Shown piece by piece: positions 40,949 through 49,721 of a stretch of 64,000 bases of DNA (the first letter of the stretch is position 1; each line of letters opens with the position of its first letter). A program made the position numbers and the translations under genes. The DNA comes from an uncultured Gemmatimonadales bacterium (GTDB lineage: Bacteria > Gemmatimonadota > Gemmatimonadetes > Gemmatimonadales > Gemmatimonadaceae). The notes under the pieces were generated by a model, which was given only the letters and a program-made list of their open reading frames with translations, made no database searches and was not told where the DNA came from. Location: positions 864,001 through 928,000 of the forward strand of contig CAWKNZ010000002.1 of NCBI GenBank assembly GCA_963851265.1, given 5' to 3'.

Positions 40949-40980
40949 AACGCGCGGCCGATCGTGATCGGCCGCGCGTT
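40949..40980 (-). terminator. Hairpin between the small ORF and the alpha-oxoamine synthase gene
   Basis: 15-bp arms AACGCGCGGCCGATC/GATCGGCCGCGCGTT; the minus-strand transcript reads on into TTTCGT. Confidence 0.55.
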
Positions 40981-40998
40981 CACACAACCTGCTGCAGC

Positions 40999-41142
40999 CT
41001 AGCGGCGGGCGACGTGTGAAGCGAAGTGCGGCGCCGACGACGAGAAGAGCGCGACCATCCAGCGAACCGGAACGCGCGGCACCGACGCGCGCTGCATCCG
41101 GGAGCTCAGCATGATCGAACGCAGCACGATGGAACGCAGCAT
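40999..41142 (-). CDS. Putative 47-aa small peptide
   Basis: AGGAG (41155-41151) 8 nt before ATG 41142; MLRSIVLRSIMLSSRMQRASVPRVPVRWMVALFSSSAPHFASHVARR; followed directly by a hairpin. Confidence 0.5.
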   Translation of the reverse strand: MLRSIVLRSIMLSSRMQRASVPRVPVRWMVALFSSSAPHFASHVARR

Positions 41143-41218
41143 TGGTAGGACTCCTAGAGGGAAGGCGGCGGTGTGGAACCGGCGGGGCGGCGGGGAGCCA
41201 CTCGAGGACGCACGACTG

Positions 41219-41236
41219 CGGTGTGACGTCACACCG
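41219..41236. promoter_or_regulatory. Perfect 18-bp palindrome, candidate transcription-factor site
   Basis: CGGTGTGACGTCACACCG; 16/18 copy at 48160-48177. Confidence 0.55.
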
Positions 41237-41393
41237 GCACTGCGCGAATCGCGGCGCGTGCACACAGCGTGAGTTACAGGGCCGCCGAGGGTCCTTCAAC
41301 CCTGGGATGTGCTGCACCTCACATCACGCATGCGATCCCGAACGCGGCGCGTGTTAGGCACCACGACGCCGGCCGCACCGGCTTCCAAACCGC

Positions 41394-42254
41394 CTACTCA
41401 TCTGGCGGGAAGTCGGCCCCCACGGTCACCCCCTCCCATGCGTCGAAATCGCTACGAAGTTCGTCGAGCTTGCGCCGCGCCCCGTTGAGCGCGGCGCGGC
41501 CGAGCAGGAGGTGGAGCGGCGGATTCGGCGCGAGCACCGCGTCGATGATCGCCTGCGCCGCACGCACCGGGTCGCCGGGTTGCTTCCCGCTCGCATCGCG
41601 GATGTTGCGGCGGTTCCGGCCGGCCGTTTCGTCGTAGTCGCGAATATGTACCGTTGCCTCGTCCGCCGAGCGGCCGGCCCAGTCGGTGCGGAAGCCGCTC
41701 GGCTCGACGACGGTCACCTTGATGCCGAGTGGCGCGACCTCCTGCGCGAGCGCTTCGGAGAATCCGACCACCGCGAACTTCGTCGCGTTGTAGTATCCGA
41801 CCGCCGGGAAAGCTCGGAGTCCGCCGATGGACGCGACGTTCACGACGTGACCGCGGCGGCGGCGGCGCATGCCGGGGAGAACCGCGCGCGTCATGGCCGA
41901 GAGCCCCCAGACGTTGATCTCGAACATGCGACGGACGGCCGCCTCGTCGCTCTCCTCGATCGCGCCGAAGTAGCCGATCCCCGCGTTGTTCACGAGCACG
42001 TCGACGCCGCCGAACACCTCCTCGGCGGCCTGCGCGACCGCCTGCACCTCCGGGCCGTCCGTTACGTCGAGTTGCTGCACGTGCACCTGATCGGCCGGCC
42101 GGTCCGCGGCGAGATCGCGGATGGACCCCGGGTCGCGCGCCGTGACCACGGCTCGGTGCCCTCGGTCGAGCACGGCCTTGGCGAGTTCGCGGCCGAAGCC
42201 GGTCGAACAGCCCGTGATGAGCCACACGGGAGTGGGCTGTTGCTGTTCTGTCAT
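41394..42254 (-). CDS. Short-chain dehydrogenase/reductase
   Basis: ITGCSTGFG; NNAG; YNATK; VEPSGFRTDWAG. Confidence 0.93.
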   Translation of the reverse strand: MTEQQQPTPVWLITGCSTGFGRELAKAVLDRGHRAVVTARDPGSIRDLAADRPADQVHVQQLDVTDGPEVQAVAQAAEEVFGGVDVLVNNAGIGYFGAIEESDEAAVRRMFEINVWGLSAMTRAVLPGMRRRRRGHVVNVASIGGLRAFPAVGYYNATKFAVVGFSEALAQEVAPLGIKVTVVEPSGFRTDWAGRSADEATVHIRDYDETAGRNRRNIRDASGKQPGDPVRAAQAIIDAVLAPNPPLHLLLGRAALNGARRKLDELRSDFDAWEGVTVGADFPPDE

Positions 42255-42575
42255 GAAGCGGTGGTGGTTAGAGGGAGTGAACTACGCGCGGGTGCGCATG
42301 GCGGCGTCGTGGCGCCCCCCCGGCCGGGGCGCCTCCGATTGCGATGAGGGCTGGGAAACGCATGTCGCGCGGCGAGTCGTGCACGCCCGTCACGGGTTCC
42401 GGGTAGAACCCGGACCTCGCCGACGTCTCGTGCCCGCCGCCGGGAACGCCCGGCGCGTCGGTGACGACTGCGGGCTCGGGCATGAACGGCACGGGAAGAA
42501 GCCAGCCGGATCTGCCGAGCCGCCCGCGCAAGAACGGTGCAGCGGTGAACTACAGGACGCGGAATGCGGGGCAGC

Positions 42576-42995
42576 TCAGCCGATCGTCTCGAGCACGCGC
42601 GCCAGCGCCGCGCGGTCGTCGCGGGAGAGCGCCGCGTCGAACCGGCGCGTCAGTCGCGCGAGGTTCCGCTGACCGACGGCGTGCCGCTCCGCGCCGAGCG
42701 GGGTGAGCACGGCGCGCACGCTCCGGCGGTCGTCGGCGTCGTCCACACGGCGGACGAGGCCGTCGGCTTCCATCCGGTCGGTGAGCTGCGTGATGTTGGA
42801 GCGCACGCAACGCTGGCCCGCGGCGAGCTCGCCGAGCGGGACCGGCGCGCCGGCGCGCGCGAGCTGCGCGAGCACGCCGAACTTGGCGCGGGACAACCCG
42901 AGTTCGGCCATCGCCGCCTCGACCTGATCCTGGAGCAGCTGCGCCGCGTCCAGGAACCGGAGCGCGAGCGCGCGCCCGGCGGTGGACTTGTTCAT
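42576..42995 (-). CDS. MarR family transcriptional regulator
   Basis: LSRAKFGVL; RSNITQLTDRMEADGLVRR..DADDRRSVRAVLTPLG winged helix. Confidence 0.9.
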   Translation of the reverse strand: MNKSTAGRALALRFLDAAQLLQDQVEAAMAELGLSRAKFGVLAQLARAGAPVPLGELAAGQRCVRSNITQLTDRMEADGLVRRVDDADDRRSVRAVLTPLGAERHAVGQRNLARLTRRFDAALSRDDRAALARVLETIG

Positions 42996-43089
42996 CTATG
43001 CAAGATACAGAAATGTCGTGCGACGCGGCATCGGCTCGACGCGCAACGGGGCGGCTACGCCGCGCGCCCGCTGCGCGTCGGCGGACGCC

Positions 43090-46000
43090 TCACGCCGCCC
43101 GGATGCGGCGCGCGAGCGGCGTGTAGTCGAGCGCGCGCGCGTGCACCAGCGACCGGTGCAGCATCGCCTCCGCCACCGGTCCGACGCCGCGCAGCAGCGG
43201 CGCGCATTCGGCTGCCAACCAGAGCGCGGCGTACGGGTCGTACCGTTCCGCGCGCTCGATGCGCGCGAGCAGCAGCTCCGCCACGTCCGCGCGCGAACGG
43301 CCGGTCGCCGCCGCAACCCGGACGTGGAGCGCGTCGCACAGCTCGCGCCCCTCAAACCACCACTCCGCCCGCTCCGCAAACCGCAGGTCCACCACGGCCT
43401 CCCGCTGCACCGCCCCACGCACCGCGCCGAGGTCGAGCTCGGCCAGACCGCCGCCCGCGAGCGCGCCAAGGTGTACCCCGGATTGGCCGAGCGCCTCGGC
43501 GGGTCCGAGGCATGCAGCGTACAGCTCCAACGCCCCGGCCGCGTCGCCCTGCGCGCGCGCGAGGTGTGCGAGGTTGTACAGCGTCACGAGCCGCTGCGGT
43601 TCCATCGCGAGGGCCGTGAACAGCTGCCGCGCCTCCTGCAGCGACTCCTCGGCCTGGGTGAACCGGCCGGTCTTGAGCATGAGGATGCCGAGGTTCCCGA
43701 GCGCGGTGGCGATCGTATTGCGCGTCCCGAGCTCACGGCCAATGGCTAGGGCCGTGCCGTACGCGACTTCGGCCGCGGCGTGGTTCCCCGACCGGTCGCA
43801 TGCGATGCCGATGTACCCGTGCGCCCGCTCCTGCCCGCGCCGGTCGCCGAGTCTCGTGTACAGGTCGAGTGCGCGCCGGTAGTGCGGGACCGCGTCGGCC
43901 GGACTCGTCTCGTGGCGCCCGGCCGAGACGACGTCGAGGACGGTGACGCCGACACGCATCGCTGCTGCGGCGTGCAGCTCGAGGTTGGGGAGGGGGGCCG
44001 CCGCGGCTACCGCCTCCGCGGCATAGCGTTCCGCGTCGCCTGAGTCGCCGAGCGCGGCGTGCGCTTCGGAGCACATGATGAGCAGCCACACGACTTCCTC
44101 GGTCGCGCCCGCGGCGCGCGCGTCGGCGAGCAGTGCGACGCAGCTCGCCAGCACGTCGCTCGCCGGTGCGCCGCGCTTGAGAAGTAGCCGCTGTTGCATC
44201 CGGCGCGCGGCCCAGAGCACGCCGAGCGTTTCGGAACCGTCGACGAGTTCGGTGAGCAGCGCCGTACATTCGGTGTCCGCCGCGGCGTGGTCGCCACGCA
44301 CCTCGGCGATCCCGGCGAGGCGCCATGCGACCGCGGCCATGTCGGAGCGCGCGCGGGCGTGCCGACGCGCGACCGCGAACAGCTCGGCCGCACTGTCGTA
44401 CGCGTGCGCGGCCGACGCCCGCGCTCCCGCCTCGAACGCCGTTCGGAACGCGTCGGCCGCGCAGCCGGCGCGGTCGAAGTGCCGGGCCACGTCCGCCGTG
44501 GTCACGTCGCCGCGCGACTCGAGCGCGCGGCCGACCCGCTCGTGCACGCGCCGGAGGCGCAACGGATTGACGCCCGCCTGCAGCACCCGCGGCAACAGCG
44601 CGTGCGCGAACGTGAGGGACGTGGCCGCCCGCGGCGACCGCTTGACCACGGCGGTGGCGAGGCCGGCGTCGAGCGCGTCGAGCACCTCGTCCTCGTCACG
44701 GTCGCAGGCGGCCGCGAGCGTTTCGGCGTCGAAGTCGCGGCCCAGGACGGCCGCGACGGCGAGGATGTCGCGCTGTCCGCGGCCGAGTCGCGCAATCCGC
44801 CGGGCGAGCAGGTCGTGGACCGCGCGTGGCAGAGGCGCCTCGTGTGGGCTACGCGCGGCCGCGGCGTCGAACACCCACCGCCCGTTCACCGCGCGCAGCT
44901 GACCGGCGTCGGTGAGGGCGCGGAGGGTGTGGGCGACGAACAACGGGTTGCCCTCGCTCTGCGCGGCCACGTACGCCAGAAGGGCGGGGTCCGCAGGCTG
45001 TCCGCCGAGCGCGGTGCGCAGCCATTGCGCGAGGACGTCGGAGCGGAGGCGGCCTAACGAGATCTCGGTGTACCGCTCCGACCGCGACAGGCGCGCACGC
45101 CGCGCATCCGCCGCCTCGTCGAGGTCGTCCGCGCCGATCGCCAGGCAGACGAGCAGCCGCTGCTCGCTGGTGCGCACGGCGAGAAACTCGAGCGCCTCCC
45201 ACGTCGCGGCGTCGGCCCACTGGGCGTCGTCGATGATCACGGCGAGGGGACGCGTGGCGGTGACGAGCGACAGAAAGTGGTGCAACTCGTCGAGCAGCAC
45301 GTACGGGGACCCGCCCGACGCGGGCAGCGGATCCACGACCGCGCGCGGTCCATCGGACGGATCGGCGAGTTCGGGGACGAGCCGCGAGAGCTCGCGCCAC
45401 GCGCGGCGCGGCGCGAGGCCCGCGCGCCAGGCCGCGAGCACGATGTCGGCCCACGGGCCCAGCGGCGGGCGCACGTCGGCTTCGAGACAGCGCGCCACGA
45501 GCAGCGACCCGGCGCGCACGCCGACGTCGGGGGCGAGCTGCTTGAGCAACGCCGACTTGCCTGCGCCCGCCTCGCCGACGACGGCGACGAGTTGCGGTTC
45601 GCCGCGCGCGGCGGCATCGAACAGGCGGCGCAGGCGCTGCCGCTCGTCCACACGTCCGACGAAGCACTCGAGAACGGCGTCGGCGTGCGCGGCGGTGCCG
45701 GACCCCGCGCGGGTGACCGCGTCGCGCCCGGCGCGCTTGGCGCCGTACAGCGCACCGTCCGCAGCGGCGAAGAGAGCCTCGAGCGTGTCGCCGTGTTCGG
45801 GAGCGGTCGCGACTCCGATCGACAACGTGACGCGAACGGTTTCCCCCGTGCCGTCCCGCCGCGGGCACGCCGACGCCGCGACCGCGGCTCGCAGTCGCTC
45901 CGCCACGACGCACGCCTCATCCAGCTGCGTGCCGGGGAGCAGGACGACGAATTCGTCGCCCGCGTATCGCGCCGGCAGGTCGCTGGGCCGGGTATTCGCG

Positions 46001-48036
46001 CGCACGTGGTCGGCGACGAGGCGCAGCACGCTGTCGCCCTGCAGGTGACCGAAGGTGTCGTTGACGAGCTTGAAGTGGTCGACGTCGATCACGAGCAGCG
46101 ACACCGCACGGCCGGTCGTGCGCCGCGCGTCGAGGATGCGTTCGGCGGTGTCCCGGAACGCGCGTCGGAGCGGCAGCTGCGTGAGGTCGTCGGGTGGCGC
46201 CGACGCGCGCTCGAGTTCACCCCCCGCCATTCCGGCCAACTCGGCGACCACGACGTCCGAAACGGTATCGTCCGGCACGTCGTCGCGAGCGGGCGCACCC
46301 GGCGACTCGTCCGACGGCGCCCAGCGCGCCGGAGCACTCGGTTCGTGATCGTTGCGCGCGGCCCACTCGGTCGCGAGCGCCTCGAACCACCCGAACACCG
46401 CAGGATCGAAGCGCGAGCCGACGTCACGGCGCATGACCTGGAGCGCGTCGTCGTGCGAGAGTGCGCGCTTGTAGCTGCGTACCGTCGTGAGCGCGTCGTA
46501 TACGTCGGCGACGCCGAGGATGCGCGCCGCGAGCGGGATCGCGTCGCCGCGTAGCCCGCGCGGGTACCCGCACCCGTCCCAGCGTTCGTGGTGCGACTCG
46601 ACGACGGCGCGAACCGCTCTCGGGAAGTCGAGCTCCTCGAGCATCTCGGTTCCGGCCGCCGCGTGGCCGCGCATCAACGCCCATTCTGCGTCGCTCAGCG
46701 TCCCGGGTTTGTTCAGGACCTCCGGAGGAACCGAAAGCTTGCCGACGTCATGGAGCAGGGCGCCGATTCTGAACCAGTACAACCCAGTTCGGTCGAAGCC
46801 GTGCGCCGAGCCGGCACGTTCCGCGATCATGCACGCGAGTTCGGCGACTCGCACGCAGTGCCCTTGCGTGTACCGGTCCCTGGCTTCGGCCGACTCGCCC
46901 CAGCGGCGGGCGACGTGAAGGATGTGCTCCTCGACGCTGCGGAGCTGCGGGGCGACGTCCAAGGCGTCGCGGCGCGCGTCCAGTCGCGAGAAGAGCCGGT
47001 GCGCGCGGTTGAGCTGGCGAAGTACTTCGCCGTTCTTGCCGCTGCGCTGGGCCAACTCGGCACGCTCGCGCGCGACCTCCGCCTGCACGAGCACGTCTCC
47101 GCACGCGGCGGCGACTTCGTCCGCGCGGAGCAGGTGGCGTTCGGCGTCCTCAGCGTCCCCGGTCTCGCGGGCGATCACGCCGAGGACCTTGGTCGCCTGG
47201 CCGATCGCGGCGGCGTCGCTGACCCTGGCCGCAGCGTCGAGTGCGCGTCGGGCGGCGTTCTGCGCCTTCCCGAACTCGCGCCGTGCGACCCAGAGTTCGG
47301 CGATACGCACGTCGACCCGAACGCGTGCGCGGAGGTCGCCGGCGACGTCCGTCAGCCGGGCGGCTTCCAGTAAGGCGCGTTCGGCGTCCGTCCACTCCCC
47401 GGCGTCCGTGTGCAGCGCGCCCTGGCGTACGAGCACTGTCGCGGTATCGCGCACGAGTCCGAGCCCGCGAAACTCGCCGAGGGCGGTGGCGAAATGGCGG
47501 TGCGCGACGACGACGTCGCCGCGCGAGGCCGCGAGCACGCCGCTCCGTTCGGCTGCCTGCGCGGCGAGCTTCGGGCGGCGTGCACGCTGCGCGAGCGAGC
47601 GGGCCTCCACGTACAGCTGCTCCGCGTGGTCCGCGGCGCCTCCGCGGTGCACGGTCGCGGCCTGAAGCATGAACGCTTCGGCACGCGCGTCGTCGTCGGC
47701 GACCGATTCGGCGACCGCAACCGACGCCGTCAGGCAATCGAGTGCGGCCGCGTCGTCGCCGCGGTCGTGCGCGTTCGCCTCCGTCTGATACGTGCGCGCG
47801 ATCCAGCGCAGGATGTGCGGCGCCTCGCGCGAGGCTTCTTCGGGGTCGCGGAGCGCGTAGAGCGCCTGTTCGAGCGCGTCGCGCGTTGCGCGGATGCGTC
47901 CCTGTTCCTCGTCGTGACGCGCCCGCTCGAGCAACGCCGCGACCGCCGTCGATCCTGCCGGGCCGCCGTGTGCCGGCGTCGGCGCGTAGGCAGCCGTGAG
48001 AGCGGGGACGGTCGGGGGCGGGACGGGGATGCGCAC
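43090..48036 (-). CDS. Giant TPR - HD-GYP - GGDEF - STAND/AAA ATPase - TPR protein (start uncertain)
   Basis: HDVGK and HHERWDGCGYP; IDVDHFKLVNDTFGH and RYAGDEF; Walker A GEAGAGKS; Walker B IIDDAQWAD; SEGNPLFV; TPR-like arrays at both ends. Confidence 0.9.
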   Translation of the reverse strand: MRIPVPPPTVPALTAAYAPTPAHGGPAGSTAVAALLERARHDEEQGRIRATRDALEQALYALRDPEEASREAPHILRWIARTYQTEANAHDRGDDAAALDCLTASVAVAESVADDDARAEAFMLQAATVHRGGAADHAEQLYVEARSLAQRARRPKLAAQAAERSGVLAASRGDVVVAHRHFATALGEFRGLGLVRDTATVLVRQGALHTDAGEWTDAERALLEAARLTDVAGDLRARVRVDVRIAELWVARREFGKAQNAARRALDAAARVSDAAAIGQATKVLGVIARETGDAEDAERHLLRADEVAAACGDVLVQAEVARERAELAQRSGKNGEVLRQLNRAHRLFSRLDARRDALDVAPQLRSVEEHILHVARRWGESAEARDRYTQGHCVRVAELACMIAERAGSAHGFDRTGLYWFRIGALLHDVGKLSVPPEVLNKPGTLSDAEWALMRGHAAAGTEMLEELDFPRAVRAVVESHHERWDGCGYPRGLRGDAIPLAARILGVADVYDALTTVRSYKRALSHDDALQVMRRDVGSRFDPAVFGWFEALATEWAARNDHEPSAPARWAPSDESPGAPARDDVPDDTVSDVVVAELAGMAGGELERASAPPDDLTQLPLRRAFRDTAERILDARRTTGRAVSLLVIDVDHFKLVNDTFGHLQGDSVLRLVADHVRANTRPSDLPARYAGDEFVVLLPGTQLDEACVVAERLRAAVAASACPRRDGTGETVRVTLSIGVATAPEHGDTLEALFAAADGALYGAKRAGRDAVTRAGSGTAAHADAVLECFVGRVDERQRLRRLFDAAARGEPQLVAVVGEAGAGKSALLKQLAPDVGVRAGSLLVARCLEADVRPPLGPWADIVLAAWRAGLAPRRAWRELSRLVPELADPSDGPRAVVDPLPASGGSPYVLLDELHHFLSLVTATRPLAVIIDDAQWADAATWEALEFLAVRTSEQRLLVCLAIGADDLDEAADARRARLSRSERYTEISLGRLRSDVLAQWLRTALGGQPADPALLAYVAAQSEGNPLFVAHTLRALTDAGQLRAVNGRWVFDAAAARSPHEAPLPRAVHDLLARRIARLGRGQRDILAVAAVLGRDFDAETLAAACDRDEDEVLDALDAGLATAVVKRSPRAATSLTFAHALLPRVLQAGVNPLRLRRVHERVGRALESRGDVTTADVARHFDRAGCAADAFRTAFEAGARASAAHAYDSAAELFAVARRHARARSDMAAVAWRLAGIAEVRGDHAAADTECTALLTELVDGSETLGVLWAARRMQQRLLLKRGAPASDVLASCVALLADARAAGATEEVVWLLIMCSEAHAALGDSGDAERYAAEAVAAAAPLPNLELHAAAAMRVGVTVLDVVSAGRHETSPADAVPHYRRALDLYTRLGDRRGQERAHGYIGIACDRSGNHAAAEVAYGTALAIGRELGTRNTIATALGNLGILMLKTGRFTQAEESLQEARQLFTALAMEPQRLVTLYNLAHLARAQGDAAGALELYAACLGPAEALGQSGVHLGALAGGGLAELDLGAVRGAVQREAVVDLRFAERAEWWFEGRELCDALHVRVAAATGRSRADVAELLLARIERAERYDPYAALWLAAECAPLLRGVGPVAEAMLHRSLVHARALDYTPLARRIRAA

Positions 48037-48159
48037 GTTCGGGGCTTCGCGCCGGGGCGCTGGTCGAACAGACGGGAGCCGGCCGTTGCGCGGAAGACGA
48101 TCGTGCGTGGCGCGCCGGCGCGTGCTGCTCGCGGGTGTTGGGGGCAGGACGGGTGCGAG

Positions 48160-48177
48160 CGATGCGACGTCACACCG
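48160..48177. promoter_or_regulatory. Second copy of the 41219 palindrome, upstream of the giant STAND gene
   Basis: CGATGCGACGTCACACCG (16/18 identical). Confidence 0.45.
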
Positions 48178-48389
48178 CCCGCGATCCGCCCGGACGGAGG
48201 TGTTGGCGAGCGCGCGAACGGCGGCGGTGCCGACCGGGCACCAACCGCCGTTGGGTGAAGTTCTCCTGCGGCGGTTGGGACCGTCGCAGGGCAATGATGC
48301 GGTTCAGGCGGCCGCCGAGCGTGTGGCGACCGGCCGCCCGCGACGCGCGTGCCTCGCGCCGTCAGCGAGGCGCCATCAGCGACGCGCGG

Positions 48390-49721
48390 TCAGCCGCGCG
48401 TCGCTGCGACGTCAGCGAATCCCGCGTCGAGTGCAGCCTCGGTCGCCGCGAACGTCTCGTCGTCGTGCGCGATCGAGAGGAAGTTGGCTTCGTAGGCCGA
48501 CGGGGCGATGTAGACGCCGTGTCCGAGCAGCGCATGGAAGAGCCGCGCGAAGGCGGCCGTGTCGGACGAGCGCGCACCCGCGTAGTCGACCACTGGGGCG
48601 GGGTTGAGAAAGAACCCCCACATTCCGCCGACCGCGGCGGTCTGCGCGGCGACGCCGTGCCGCGCGGCCGCGCTGGCGACGGCGGCCGCGAGGCGGGCGC
48701 CCATCGCGCGCATCGCCTCGTAGGTGCCGACGGTCGCCATCACGCCGAGCGAGGCGAGGCCCGCCGCCATGCCCAACGGGTTGCCCGAGAGCGTGCCGGC
48801 CTGGTAGACCGGGCCGGAGGGTGCGACCGTGCGCATCACGTCGGCGCGGCCGCCGTATGCCGCGACGGGGAGTCCGCCGCCGATCACCTTGCCGAGGCAG
48901 GTGAGGTCCGGCGTGATCCCATAGAGGATCTGCGCGCCGCCCCACGCGACGCGGAAGCCCGTCATGACCTCGTCGAAGATCAGCAGGGCGTCGTGGGCGG
49001 TCGTCAGGCGGCGGAGTCCGGCGAGGAACCCGGGCGCCGGGGGAACCAACCCCATGTTGCCGGCGACGGGTTCGACGATGATGGCGGCGACCTGGCCGCG
49101 GTTGGCCTCGAGCGCCGCTTCGGTCGCCGCGAGATCGTTGAACGGGACGACGATCGTGTCCGCCGTCGCGCCCGGCGTCACGCCGGGGCTGTCGGGAAGT
49201 CCGAGCGTGGCGACGCCGGAGCCGGCCCTGACGAGCAGCGCGTCGGCATGCCCGTGATAGCAGCCGTCGTACTTGATGAACTTGGGACGGCCGGTGAACG
49301 CGCGCGCGACGCGGATCGCGCTCATCGTCGCTTCGGAGCCGCTCGACACGAACCGGACCATCTCCACGCTCGGGAGCGCGTCGACGAGCACGGCCGCGAG
49401 CTCGGCTTCGGCTTCGATCGGCGCGCCGAAGCTGGTGCCGGACGCGACCTGGCGTCGGATGGCCTCGACCACCGCCGGATTCGCGTGACCCGCGGCAAGG
49501 GCGCCCCACGACATCACGTAGTCGACGTACGTCGTGCCGTCGACATCGGTCACGTACGCGCCGCGCCCGGAACGCATCACGCGGGGGGTGCCGCCGACCG
49601 CGCGGTAGGCACGCACGGGGCTGCTGACGCCGCCGGGGATGACGGCGCGCGCGCGTTCGAGCACGGCCGCGGAGCGCTCCACGGGCGTCGTGTCGATGCC
49701 CGCAGTTGGTGCGATCGTCAC
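48390..49721 (-). CDS. hemL: Glutamate-1-semialdehyde 2,1-aminomutase
   Basis: IPGGVSSPVRA; DYVMSWG; GCYHGHAD; FDEVMTGFR; LGKVIGGGLP; YQAGTLSGNP. Confidence 0.96.
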   Translation of the reverse strand: MTIAPTAGIDTTPVERSAAVLERARAVIPGGVSSPVRAYRAVGGTPRVMRSGRGAYVTDVDGTTYVDYVMSWGALAAGHANPAVVEAIRRQVASGTSFGAPIEAEAELAAVLVDALPSVEMVRFVSSGSEATMSAIRVARAFTGRPKFIKYDGCYHGHADALLVRAGSGVATLGLPDSPGVTPGATADTIVVPFNDLAATEAALEANRGQVAAIIVEPVAGNMGLVPPAPGFLAGLRRLTTAHDALLIFDEVMTGFRVAWGGAQILYGITPDLTCLGKVIGGGLPVAAYGGRADVMRTVAPSGPVYQAGTLSGNPLGMAAGLASLGVMATVGTYEAMRAMGARLAAAVASAAARHGVAAQTAAVGGMWGFFLNPAPVVDYAGARSSDTAAFARLFHALLGHGVYIAPSAYEANFLSIAHDDETFAATEAALDAGFADVAATRG

